This document shows, in pieces, positions 45,024 through 55,485 of a DNA stretch of 64,000 bases. Numbering within the stretch: position 1 is the stretch's first letter; every line of letters starts with the position of its first letter. Location of the stretch: the NCBI GenBank assembly GCA_963677495.2, contig CAXXOU010000001.1:480001-544000 (forward strand). The letters are read 5' to 3'. The notes beneath the pieces were generated by a model. That model did not search any database. It had not been told where the DNA came from and worked only from the letters and a program-made list of their open reading frames with translations. The position numbers and the translations under genes were made by a program. This DNA is from Candidatus Cloacimonadales bacterium. Lineage in GTDB: Bacteria; Cloacimonadota; Cloacimonadia; Cloacimonadales; JAFGVF01.

Positions 45024-47630
45024 TAAGTTTATGCTACAACAAGTATCTAAAGCTCTAAAAGAGCTTAACTATAACCTCCAACGTAAAGCTATCAGAGGGT
45101 ACCTTTTCACTCGAAACAATGATGCTATACTTGTAGATATTGATATTTGCAATAACACAAATTATTTTGATTACGCTGAATACACAAAAGAACAGAACGA
45201 GTTTATGTTCTTTTACTCTTCATTATATCGATTCAATGTTGAAAATATTGATGATGTACAATCGATGAAAGCTGAGTTACTTAGATATTTGAACAAAGAT
45301 TTTCATGAAGATGACATCAAAAACTATGGTGCAAATCGTGAATTAGCAAATCCTGATCCAACTCCACCAGAGTATCTTTTTGAGGATATGTTCATAGAAG
45401 TATATGGACGAGAAGCCGTTCAGTATTTAAATAGAGAGTTTCCAATTATTGATATCAATGGAAGCACTCGCTTTTGTGATTATGTAATACATAAAAATGA
45501 TTACAGAATTATCATTGAAGAAAATGGAGTATCATACCACCACCCGATAATAATTGGAAGAGAGAAATATAAATCCCAACTTCAAAAACAAAACTCAATC
45601 GTTTCATATGGCGACAAAGTCTATAGATGGGCTTTAGAAAGTATGAAAGACAAGAATAATTTTGCTGAAGAAGTGAAACAGTACTTAGGTGAATCATCCT
45701 CTTTTAAGCTGAGTCAGAAAGTCACAGTATCAAGGCAATTTAAGTTATATGCCCACCAAGAGAAGATCGTTGATAAGATTGCTGAATCAAAAGAATCCTA
45801 TAATTCAAGTAATCTTGTTGTTTTACCTACTGGAACAGGTAAAACCGAAATTTTGATACATGATTTAGTTCATGACTATAAAAAGAATCCTAAATTCAAA
45901 GCACTTATTATTGTACCTTCTGTTAAGCTTAAAAGCCAATTTACCACTAAACTTAATGAACGTTTAGCAGATTACTCACTTACTGGTGACCACTTACAAG
46001 TTGGTCTCGATGTAAATGACAATGTCTTAGTCAAAACAAATGCTTGGACATGTAGAAACTATTACAAATTCAAACCTAAACATTTTACTTACATCGCAAT
46101 TGATGAAGCTCATCATGCTGTAGCCCCTGCTTTGGGAAAAGCAATAAAGCATTTCCAACCGGAATCGCTGATTGGGCTAACTGCTACTCCTAAAAGATTA
46201 GACCATAAGCAACTTGAAGATATGTTTGGTCAATACGAAACTTCACTAAGTTTAACTGAAGCAATAGAACAGGACTTGTTAGCTCCAATTAAGGCTTTTA
46301 GACTGAAGAGCAACATAGACCTTAGTGAGATACGGTTTAATGGTAGAGATTATGTAAATAGTGATTTACAAAAACGAATAGTAGTTCCTTCAAGAGATCA
46401 ACTTGTTGTTGATACCCTGAAGAGATACTTTGCCGATTCAAGCTTACCTTCATTGTCTGGCTTGATTTTCTGTGTCTCTGTAGCTCATGCCGAAAGTCTT
46501 TCAAAAAGGATGAAGCAAAATGGATTATCTGCTGAATCAGTTTCCGGAAAAGATAAGAATTCAACTGAGAAAATTGAAAAGTACCAAAATGGAGAAATTC
46601 AATTCTTAACTACTTGTTCTTTACTAAGTGAAGGTTGGGATTCTCCAAGAACATCTATCATAGTCATGGCAAGACCAACAATGTCAAAGGTTCTTTATAC
46701 TCAACAACTCGGCAGAGGAACGAGAAAACACGATGGAAAAGAAGCCTTATACGTAATTGATGTTGTCGATAACTATTCTGGAGTAGGTAGTTTCAATAAT
46801 CGTCCATGGAGTATACACGCTTTGCTGGGAGTTGATAATTACTTGCCTTGGGGAAACGTTCTTGATTCTACGAAAACACCCACAGAACAAGATTCTATCT
46901 TAATAAGTTTATCTGAGCAAGTAAGAAAGATAGAGCAGATAAATATCTTTACTTTCGAAAAGCTTTACGCTGATTATATGAGTGAAGAGCAAGTTGCAAG
47001 AGAATACTTTGTCTCTACTGGCACTATTAAGTCTTGGATAAAGAAAAGAAAGATAAGAGCAGATGTGGAAGTGCCTTTTTTGGACGAAGAAAATTGTATT
47101 ATTTCTCATCTAAGACTGTTGAACAATATCGATTTAGATTAGAGATACCAATCCATGATGAGACAACTATATACAATGATTTCTGGAGTTTTATCGAAGA
47201 TAAGAATTACACAATGTCATATAAAATGATAATGATCTTATCAATGATAAAAATACTTGATAATCACGGTGAATGTTCATTAGAAAAGTTAAAAGAGGAG
47301 TATGTTTCATTCTATAAAGATAGATTAGAACATAAGCTACCTGTTGATAAGAAGAATTGTCCCTATGATCAATCTGGATATTTGGATGATGATCATAAAA
47401 TGAAAACAAGTATTCTAGCGAATCCTTTTGAAAAGTTCGAAAGAAAAAGATTCATGTACCATTGTAAAGACTTAAACCGCATCTCTTTCTCTCATAACCT
47501 CTGGACACAATTAGTATCGAATATGCGTATTGCTGATTTGAAGAGTAGAATGTATAATGATTTATTGGAGTATTATTCAGAGTTAGGTGGAATTCCTGAG
47601 AAGTGGAAGGAGTATTGGGGAGTAACTTAG
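45013..47630 (+). pseudogene. PD-(D/E)xK/Vsr-like nuclease + SF2 DEAH helicase (ResIII-like), frameshifted at T6 tract 47076-47081
   Basis: RFCDY..IIIEENGVSYH; LPTGTGKT, IDEAHH, GLTATP, QQLGRGTR; reading continues FGRRKLYYF...MSYKM in ORF 47034-47630. Confidence 0.75.
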
Positions 47631-47701
47631 CTTACAGCTAAAAGCCTATAGCCTATAACTTAGAGCTACAATTAATAGTTTATAGGCTACAAGCTATAGT
47701 T
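47628..47701. repeat. Degenerate inverted heptamer cluster
   Basis: AGCCTATAGCCTATAAC...GTTTATAGGCTACAAGCTATAG starting at the helicase stop. Confidence 0.5.
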
Positions 47702-48015
47702 AAAAGCAAGTGCAAGTTGAATAATTATGTTGTTACAAGGCAAAGGATTATATCTATATTTGCTAATCAATTTAATGGAGGATTCAGGTATTGGATATGA
47801 CTTGAAATCTCAGCAACTCAGGGGAATTGCAAGGCAAAATTATTACCCGATTCTCTAATACAAAGGCAGAATATTCTAAAACACCAGTTTGCATAAGATA
47901 CTTAACGAGAAACTATGACGCGTAAATCTCTTGAGGGCATATATTTACTAATTATCTTGACAATTCCATGTTTTGGGTAAATAATAGCACAAACATTGAT
48001 TAAAAGGAGTATTAT

Positions 48016-48204
48016 ATGGACAAAAAGCATAAACTTCATTGCACAGAAGACAAGCAAAATGATGTAATTATCTATGATGATAAGTTTATAAAATCTATCA
48101 GAAGTATGTCAAAGCCTAGTCCTGAGCTATTAGAAGAGATCGATAAGTATAGCAAAGAGATTAATACTCCCAAATCATCTGATAATACTAGATTCTCAAT
48201 ATAA
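48016..48204 (+). CDS. Small hypothetical protein, 62 aa
   Basis: AAAGGAG RBS; upstream TTGACA-17-AATAAT (47957-47985); ends 3 bp before the next gene. Confidence 0.55.
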   Translation: MDKKHKLHCTEDKQNDVIIYDDKFIKSIRSMSKPSPELLEEIDKYSKEINTPKSSDNTRFSI

Positions 48205-48207
48205 TTA

Positions 48208-49575
48208 ATGCCATTTCACATTGTTGATTTTGAAGACAATTTGTGGATAGAACTAGCACGAACAACAACTAAATCTAACTATGTAATAAACTATATTGAT
48301 AGTCTTGGGCATAGCTCAAATGTATCTTTATTAGTAGAAACTGATTATGTTGATAAAGATTTCTTAGTTGATTTCTCTTATTACTATTCACGATGTTTCG
48401 AAAATATTAAGAAGAAAACAACACGAGTTCATTTCTTTTCCTTGCAAACTGAGGCACTTACTAAGCTGTTATATTCGATCTTGGATGACCCTACAATTGT
48501 TGAAGAAAATGAGTTGAAAGTTCTAAGTGAACATTATCTTGGTTTTATGACCTTTAAACCACTAACCAAAACTAGTATTGGCAGAACAATCTTTAAACCT
48601 TACCCCAAGCTTGATCACGAAGGCAACGAAAGACATTTCCCAGTTTATTCTTTAAACAGTGCTAATATTGGTGGGATTGATATTAAACTTGAAGCGTTGC
48701 CTTTTCAAGAACAAGATAGAAATGTAGCTGCATGTGCAACTACTGCTATTTGGATTGCTTTACAAGCATTAAATCGAATAAGTGAAAACAGTTCTTTCTA
48801 CTCTCAGTATGAGCTTACAAAACTTGCTATAGAGTCTTTTGGTAATATGGGGAATAGGACTTTTCCGAATGAAGGTTTGTATACGTTTCAGATTTTAAAT
48901 CTTTTTCAAAGAATTGGATTTGATACAATATATTACCAACTTGAAAACCAAGAGAATTGGTTTATTAGTAATGTTATACAAGCTCATATGGATATTGGAA
49001 CACCTTTGTTAGCAGAACTTAGTATTATAAATCAGAATGATTTAATCGAAGGTCATCTCGTTACAATATCTGGATACAAGACAAGAAAAAAATCTAAGGA
49101 AATCATGGAACTTTACATCCATGATGATCAAATAGGCTTCTATAGTAAGGTTGAGCTTAGCAACGATAATTATAAGTCTTGGCATAACGAGTGGATAACT
49201 AAATTTGGAATGAAACAAGTAATTCTTAAGAGCATTATTGCTCCTGTTTATCATAAGATAAGAGTTCCATTTAACTCAGTCTTACTTTTCTGTGTCAATT
49301 ACTTGAAACTGAATAACAATCAACTCAACAATTTGAAGATTAGACTTTATACCTTGAGGATGTTTCGCAACTATTTAAGGAAACATCATGAGATCTATAG
49401 AGACTCTAAATCCTATTATAATGGGGATATTCACAATTATTCATCAAGAGATATTTTAACTTTGAATTTACCAAAGTATCTTTGGGTTGCCATAATTAAA
49501 ACTGATAAGAAAGATTTATTGATCGTTTTTGATGCAACTTCATACACAGTTTCTAATGTGTTATCTATATATTAG
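48208..49575 (+). CDS. Papain-fold (C39-like) cysteine peptidase domain protein
   Basis: PFQEQD...ACATTAIW (Gln/Cys), GHLVTISGY (His), LYIHDDQIG (Asp); no signal peptide. Confidence 0.65.
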   Translation: MPFHIVDFEDNLWIELARTTTKSNYVINYIDSLGHSSNVSLLVETDYVDKDFLVDFSYYYSRCFENIKKKTTRVHFFSLQTEALTKLLYSILDDPTIVEENELKVLSEHYLGFMTFKPLTKTSIGRTIFKPYPKLDHEGNERHFPVYSLNSANIGGIDIKLEALPFQEQDRNVAACATTAIWIALQALNRISENSSFYSQYELTKLAIESFGNMGNRTFPNEGLYTFQILNLFQRIGFDTIYYQLENQENWFISNVIQAHMDIGTPLLAELSIINQNDLIEGHLVTISGYKTRKKSKEIMELYIHDDQIGFYSKVELSNDNYKSWHNEWITKFGMKQVILKSIIAPVYHKIRVPFNSVLLFCVNYLKLNNNQLNNLKIRLYTLRMFRNYLRKHHEIYRDSKSYYNGDIHNYSSRDILTLNLPKYLWVAIIKTDKKDLLIVFDATSYTVSNVLSIY

Positions 49576-49784
49576 TTGCAATATGACTTATACCTATCTC
49601 ATTATGCTTTTACTACAAATACCTGTATGTTTAACAAAATGATAACCAATATTTATTCCATGCCGATCAGGGGTATTTGACTTACGTAACTTAGCAGTCT
49701 CGGCAGAATCACCTTCGAGAAGGTTTTGTCTATGAGATCTTAGGATGCGTGGGAAAAATCATCTGCGAGGGTAGTTTCGGAATA

Positions 49785-49806
49785 AACGCCCCGGAGAGAC
49801 GTTTTA
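49785..49806 (-). repeat. Solo inverted copy of array module B
   Basis: AACGCCCCGGAGAGACGTTTTA is the exact reverse complement of TAAAACGTCTCTCCGGGGCGTT (43288-43309). Confidence 0.85.
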
Positions 49807-49921
49807 CTTTAACGAACAAGGGTGTTCGTTGTACAATACAGGCAGGATGCCGGGTACCCGACACTGTCGATCAAGGGTGATCGACTTACATTTGCTATTA
49901 TCGTCAGTGGATAATATCTGA

Positions 49922-49973
49922 CCCCTCACCCGACATCCCGTTAGGATGTCGACCTCTCCCCGAAGGGGCGAGG
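49922..49973. repeat. REP-like double hairpin
   Basis: CCCCTCACC-CGACATCC-CGTTA-GGATGTCG-A-CCTCTCCCC-GAA-GGGGCGAGG. Confidence 0.55.
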
Positions 49974-49983
49974 TTATAAAGCT

Positions 49984-50020
49984 TAAAAAAGCCTGCCGTT
50001 TCCGGCAGGCTTATTTATTT
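49984..50020 (-). terminator. Intrinsic terminator, possibly bidirectional
   Basis: A-run-GCCTGCCG-TTTC-CGGCAGGC-TTATTT. Confidence 0.8.
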
Positions 50021-50036
50021 TACGATCTATTGTGTG

Positions 50037-53000
50037 TTATTTCATCAGAACCATCTTCTTAGATGAAGAGTGGTCTTTTGTATCGAGTCTATAGAAATAG
50101 ATACCTGAAGCAACTGAAGTTCCTCTGTCTGTTGTTCCATCCCAAGTTACACTGTGGTTACCTGATGCCATTGAACTGTTAACGAGAGTTCTTACTTTCT
50201 GTCCCTTAAGGTTGAAGATTGTAAGTTGTACATCTCCCCTATCCTTAAGACTGAAACTGATGTTTGTTGTTGGGTTGAACGGATTTGGATAGTTGCCCTG
50301 AAGCTTTGTTACAACTAAAGGATTACCGTTTTCATCAACAGCTGTATCGAAATCAAGGTCTGCCATGAGTCTTGGTGTTAAGAAGTTACCATCAGTTCTC
50401 ACATTTGGAATACCGATAAGGTTACCCTGCTCTGCAGGAATTGGGATACCGATATAGTCTACATCATAGAAGTTTGTTCTCATGTTGTAGTTATCTGTGC
50501 CATCAGTAAACTCATAAACCATACCGTTTTCGAAGTTACCGGTAGCATTTGTGAATGTTACATTGTTAACAACAACAAGACGTGATTCATATGCTGAGTA
50601 GTTTGTTGTAAGTTCGCTGATTGTAACCTCTACAGGAGTTACTGTGTTTCCATTAGATGATGCAGCAACATCAACTGTTGGTACAAACTGCAATAAGCCG
50701 TTATATTCTGAGAGATATCCGGTTAACCCTGTGATACCATCACCAACAGCAAGATCGGCTGTAATTACGCCGTTATTGTCGTCTATGAGGATACCTGCAG
50801 TTGCATCCTGGATATATTTCTGTCCACGGAAATCCTGTAAGTAGGTTATTACAACTTCACCTGTTACTTCAAACTCGTTAGTTGCACCAACGTGTGTGCG
50901 AAGTGTTGCAAGGTCAGCAACCTGTTGAAGTCCACTGTTCTCACTGTTTTCAGCACCCGGTGTACCACCTTCAACTGCACTTGCCTGCCAACTTGTTGGA
51001 AGATCATTGTCCATTGCAGGATCGATAAGCTCGAGTGATGGACCTGTACCGTCTGCTTGTGCAGGCCAGCCATCGGTATCTGAATATGATACTGAGTCTA
51101 CGAGAGTCATTGAGCTGTTATAGATATAGATAGTCTCACCACTGTTACCAAGGTTCCATGTGCAAACATCCAAAGCATCAAAATCAGCTGTGAATGGGAA
51201 TGGAACTGCATCTTGATCGTGGTCGATAGCAATAGTGTAATATCCGTTTGCAGGGATAGTCTGACTTGCAGGGATTACTAAGAGGTCATGATCAGGATTA
51301 CCATCAAGTAATGACCAACCACTGATATCAACATCTACATCAGTTGTGTTATAAAGCTCAACCCACTCGTTGTCATAGCTTGTTGAGTTATACATGATTT
51401 CGTTGAAGATAACATCAGGAGCAGGTGTATCATCGATAACCATATCCCAATCAAGGTTAGCTTCCTGTTCTGCTACAATATTAATTACAGATGTTTGGGC
51501 ATAGTAACCACCGGCCATACATGAGAATGTATAGTCACCTTCAAGAATGTTCTCGATTAAGTAAGAACCGTCAGCACCTGAAGTAGCTGAGTAGTTTCCA
51601 CTTTGGATAATTGCATTCTGGATTGGGTTACCTGTAGCAACTTCAGTAACAAGACCACTAAGAGAACCGAATACGTTTCCACTTGATGGTGTGAAGTCTG
51701 CTAAGCTACGTGCACAAATCTGTAATGTACCATTATATTCGAAAGCAATAGCAACAATATCCATTGGAGCTGTTGGAATAGCTGTATCTATATAATCAGC
51801 ATCAAAGAATTGAGTTCTGAATGTACATGAACCTGAACCATCAGAAACATTATAGTTTGAACCTGTTGCAAATGTAGAACCTGCATCGTCGAAGAGAACG
51901 TTGTTAACAACAACAAGTTCAGCTTCGTATGCTTCGAAGTTAGCATTGAACTCAGCAAGAGTTACTGCTACAGGAGTGATAGTGTTACCAGAAGATGCAG
52001 GAGCACCCGGATCTAATGTTGGCAAGAACTGAGTAAGTCCATTGTATGATGAAACATTTCCTGTAAGACTAGTGATTTCATCTCCAATAGCGTAAGGTGA
52101 TGCAATAACACCATTGTTATCATCAATAAGAATACCACCTGTAGCATCCTGGATGTACTTCTGGTTCCTATATGTTTGCGCAAAGCTTACATAAGCGGAG
52201 CCTGTAAATTCATAGATTGTATCGTCCTGGTTACCAAGTCTGAGTTCAGCAATTGTAGCAACCTGAACGATAGTTGGGTAGTTATATAAAGCAGAAGCTA
52301 TGATGCTTGGATTCATATCAGTAGCATATGCTCTTGCTCTAATTGTTGTAGTATCTGTGATATTGATTGGAGCTGTATATTGTGTACTAGATTCACTTGG
52401 CTCTGAACCATCAAGTGTATAATAAATAGTAGCACCATCAGTAGCACATGAGATTGTTACATCAACAGGGTCAGTGAAGATACCTGCACCCGGATCGAAT
52501 GTAGGCATAGCACATGTAGGTTCACCTGAACCGCCTGTGAAAGTATGCATACCGATATCGTCGAAGTAGTTAGCAGGCATAACAATCCACTGTGAATCGT
52601 CAGCGTTAGTTCCAGCACTTGCAGCCCAGTTATCAGTACCTTCACCTACATCAGCTTTTCTGATGAGAGTATGGTTTGCAGTTCCAGGATCTTCACCGGC
52701 AACCGGCCATGCAGCACCGGGATCTTCACCCTGTAGACCAATAACGTCGATGAGAACACCATTATGGAAAAGACCAAGGGCATCGTCACCATTATAGAAA
52801 GTTACATTACTTGTAACATCAGCTTCAGCAAGGATTGTAGGGTCAGAAGCACTATTAGCAATAACGAACACATCGTTATGAGCAAGCATAGTGTCACCTG
52901 TGTAGGTGTTGTTCCAGTCTCCACCGTTAGAAGCTAGTTTTACTTCATATTCAGAGAGATCGACATCAGCACCTGTACCATTGAAGATCTCGATAACTTT

Positions 53001-54974
53001 ATTGTTACCACCGTCACCTTCAACATATTCTGAGAAGAAGAGACCTGATGCAAATGTTTCGTTGCCACTTCCACCGTTAAGTTCTTCATAATAAGCAACC
53101 TGATTCTCACCAACAGCGATCATGAAGTCTGAAGTACCTGCAAGATAAGTCATGCGTACCGGATTAAAAGTAGTAGCAGGTAAAGATTCCTGAGACCAGC
53201 TCTGGCCATTATTAGAAGATTTCAAGATAGCCCAATCAGTTCCATAGTTACCTGCAACAGAGCTGTAACCTGCAACATAGATATCACCATCATCAGTAAC
53301 AAACATGTGATTCATCTCATCAGTAGCAGATTCAGTAGAAGTCATCCAATCAGAAGCTGTAGCTCCACCATTTGATGTATAGTAGATTGTACCTGCATCA
53401 GTAGTGAAAACACCTTCATCGTTGTTTAAGAAGAGGATATCTTTAATATCATCTGACCCAACAGTGATAGAAGTCCAGTTTGCACCACCATCTGTTGTTT
53501 TATAGATAACACCATTCTGTCCACCGAGAAGGATATTGTTTTCATCAAAAATATGGGAAGCATAAAGCTTTGTAGAACTGTTAATGCCACCATTACCAAG
53601 AACTGTCCAGTTAGCACCACCATCTGTTGTTTTAACATTAAGGTTACCCGGACCAAAAGCAAAGCCTACCATATCGCTGATGAATTCAATATTGTAGTAG
53701 CCCAATGTGCTTGAAACACCGGCTATTTGGTTAGGATTCCAACTGTTTCCACCATCAGTTGTATGATAGATAACACCGTCAGTTCTACCTGACACCCAAC
53801 CTTCCATAGCATCTTTGAAATAGCATGAATAGAAAGTTCTGAGTGTAGTCCCAGCCATTGCAGGAACGTATTTTCTATCAATTGTTGTTCCACCGTCAGT
53901 TGTAGCTAAAACAAGACCTTTATCTCCAACAGAGAACCAAGTGTCCTCATCGAGAATAGACATTGAGTATAGATCTACAGCTGTAGTTGATAATTCATTC
54001 CAATTTGTTCCATTAGATGAGCGGATAATTGAACCATACCAGCCAACAGCTACAAAGTCACCGTTCTCATCATACTTTATGTTTTGTAGATGATAGTTAT
54101 AATCATCGTCTAAGATTTGAGTTGAAGCCCAGGAATCATTAGTGTAAACAATTGTACCTTTCCAGCCAACTGCATAACCTTCAGAACCATTCATAACAGC
54201 ATCATACATTCTTGGTTCTTCTGAACCACCGGCTGTTGGATGATGTATCCAGTTCTGACCGTTATCTGTGCTATAACCAACATAACCGTCATCTCCAAGT
54301 AAGATAACATTGTTACCATCTTGTTTAACGTTATAGAGAGTAGGGTTACCTGTGATTGTGAGGTTAACAACCTGCCAGTTAGTACCAAAGTCAGTTGTTT
54401 TAAGGACTTTTGATTGGTCTGGAGATCCATTATTACATGTAATAAAACCTGTACCGGAACCTTCCATAGAGATGCCATATAACCAATCAGTTATGCCTGA
54501 AGTTTGAGCAACCCAGTTTTGTCCATGGTCGCTTGAATATACGATATATCCATCGTCACCACAAGCCCAAATTTTACCATCAATGTGGTAAACAACACTC
54601 TCAAGATCTACGCCATTTACAAGGGAAACAACCTGAGTTGCAGAGGTCCAGTTTTGACCACCATCTGTAGTGAGCATGAGTAAACCATCTTCACCAACAA
54701 CAACACCGTTCATATTATCGATGAAATCCATATCGTTTCCATCAATGTATGTACCTGCTGTTTCGTTATAAAGTGGAGATGGCAGGAACTGTAAAGTCGC
54801 ACCATTGTCATCTGAGTATCCCAAAGCTCCATCAGAGCCGGAGAACCACATTTCATTACCAATTATCTCTAGACTATAAATGTTAGCAGGGAAATCTGCC
54901 TGTCTGACAAGATCCCATGCAAACATTGAAGACAAGAGAGTTAACACAAAAACTAACACAATAAATCGTTTCAT
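50037..54974 (-). CDS. Large secreted protein: YCF48/BNR beta-propellers, two lamin-tail domains, chitobiase/Fn3-associated domain, OB-fold-like repeats, FlgD-Ig CTD
   Basis: Signal peptide MKRFIV (start 54974, GGAGG RBS); many T.DGG.NW Asp-boxes; FFSEYVEG; IFNEIMYN; IYYTLDGSEP; YIQDATxGI x2; GNYPNPFNP..KKMVLMK. Confidence 0.83.
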   Translation of the reverse strand: MKRFIVLVFVLTLLSSMFAWDLVRQADFPANIYSLEIIGNEMWFSGSDGALGYSDDNGATLQFLPSPLYNETAGTYIDGNDMDFIDNMNGVVVGEDGLLMLTTDGGQNWTSATQVVSLVNGVDLESVVYHIDGKIWACGDDGYIVYSSDHGQNWVAQTSGITDWLYGISMEGSGTGFITCNNGSPDQSKVLKTTDFGTNWQVVNLTITGNPTLYNVKQDGNNVILLGDDGYVGYSTDNGQNWIHHPTAGGSEEPRMYDAVMNGSEGYAVGWKGTIVYTNDSWASTQILDDDYNYHLQNIKYDENGDFVAVGWYGSIIRSSNGTNWNELSTTAVDLYSMSILDEDTWFSVGDKGLVLATTDGGTTIDRKYVPAMAGTTLRTFYSCYFKDAMEGWVSGRTDGVIYHTTDGGNSWNPNQIAGVSSTLGYYNIEFISDMVGFAFGPGNLNVKTTDGGANWTVLGNGGINSSTKLYASHIFDENNILLGGQNGVIYKTTDGGANWTSITVGSDDIKDILFLNNDEGVFTTDAGTIYYTSNGGATASDWMTSTESATDEMNHMFVTDDGDIYVAGYSSVAGNYGTDWAILKSSNNGQSWSQESLPATTFNPVRMTYLAGTSDFMIAVGENQVAYYEELNGGSGNETFASGLFFSEYVEGDGGNNKVIEIFNGTGADVDLSEYEVKLASNGGDWNNTYTGDTMLAHNDVFVIANSASDPTILAEADVTSNVTFYNGDDALGLFHNGVLIDVIGLQGEDPGAAWPVAGEDPGTANHTLIRKADVGEGTDNWAASAGTNADDSQWIVMPANYFDDIGMHTFTGGSGEPTCAMPTFDPGAGIFTDPVDVTISCATDGATIYYTLDGSEPSESSTQYTAPINITDTTTIRARAYATDMNPSIIASALYNYPTIVQVATIAELRLGNQDDTIYEFTGSAYVSFAQTYRNQKYIQDATGGILIDDNNGVIASPYAIGDEITSLTGNVSSYNGLTQFLPTLDPGAPASSGNTITPVAVTLAEFNANFEAYEAELVVVNNVLFDDAGSTFATGSNYNVSDGSGSCTFRTQFFDADYIDTAIPTAPMDIVAIAFEYNGTLQICARSLADFTPSSGNVFGSLSGLVTEVATGNPIQNAIIQSGNYSATSGADGSYLIENILEGDYTFSCMAGGYYAQTSVINIVAEQEANLDWDMVIDDTPAPDVIFNEIMYNSTSYDNEWVELYNTTDVDVDISGWSLLDGNPDHDLLVIPASQTIPANGYYTIAIDHDQDAVPFPFTADFDALDVCTWNLGNSGETIYIYNSSMTLVDSVSYSDTDGWPAQADGTGPSLELIDPAMDNDLPTSWQASAVEGGTPGAENSENSGLQQVADLATLRTHVGATNEFEVTGEVVITYLQDFRGQKYIQDATAGILIDDNNGVITADLAVGDGITGLTGYLSEYNGLLQFVPTVDVAASSNGNTVTPVEVTISELTTNYSAYESRLVVVNNVTFTNATGNFENGMVYEFTDGTDNYNMRTNFYDVDYIGIPIPAEQGNLIGIPNVRTDGNFLTPRLMADLDFDTAVDENGNPLVVTKLQGNYPNPFNPTTNISFSLKDRGDVQLTIFNLKGQKVRTLVNSSMASGNHSVTWDGTTDRGTSVASGIYFYRLDTKDHSSSKKMVLMK

Positions 54975-55264
54975 TAGTGCCTCCATATGTTTTCTTTTAT
55001 ATATGTTCGCAACACTCAATAATATAACGAACGCTAAAAGTGCAAGTAAAAAAATAAAAGAAGATTGGATTTAACCCCATTTTAACTAGCAATAGTTCAA
55101 TATCAAGTACGGTTTTACCTTGTTTCAAGACCATCAGTAGTACTCATTGAACTACAAATCGGTTTATACTCATACTTGTATATTAACTTTCAAGAATATG
55201 AATCAATGTTTGATATTAACCCTTCACGACTGTGCTAACTTTTGTATACCTCTTCCTATTTTTA

Positions 55265-55345
55265 CCACGCATTTTCCACGGGTAAACCACGCCTAAACCA
55301 CTGGAGCCGTGGTCAACCCGTGGTTTACCCGTGGTTTACCCGTGG
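55265..55345. repeat. Second inverted 4+4 array of 11-bp-phased CCACG / CCGTGG boxes
   Basis: Left 55265, 55276, 55287, 55298; right 55307, 55318, 55329, 55340. Confidence 0.8.
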
Positions 55346-55437
55346 TCGGGTTTGCCACATCTATCACAATGTTCTATACTATTTTGTGAGTTAATATAGG
55401 CAAAAGAATTACGTTAATTGTGATTAATTTTAGCAAT

Positions 55438-55462
55438 AAAAAAAGCCCCTCATACGAGGGGC
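55438..55462 (-). terminator. Intrinsic terminator of the pil operon
   Basis: A7-GCCCCTC-ATAC-GAGGGGC. Confidence 0.8.
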
Positions 55463-55485
55463 AATATATTTGGTTGTACGTTCTC

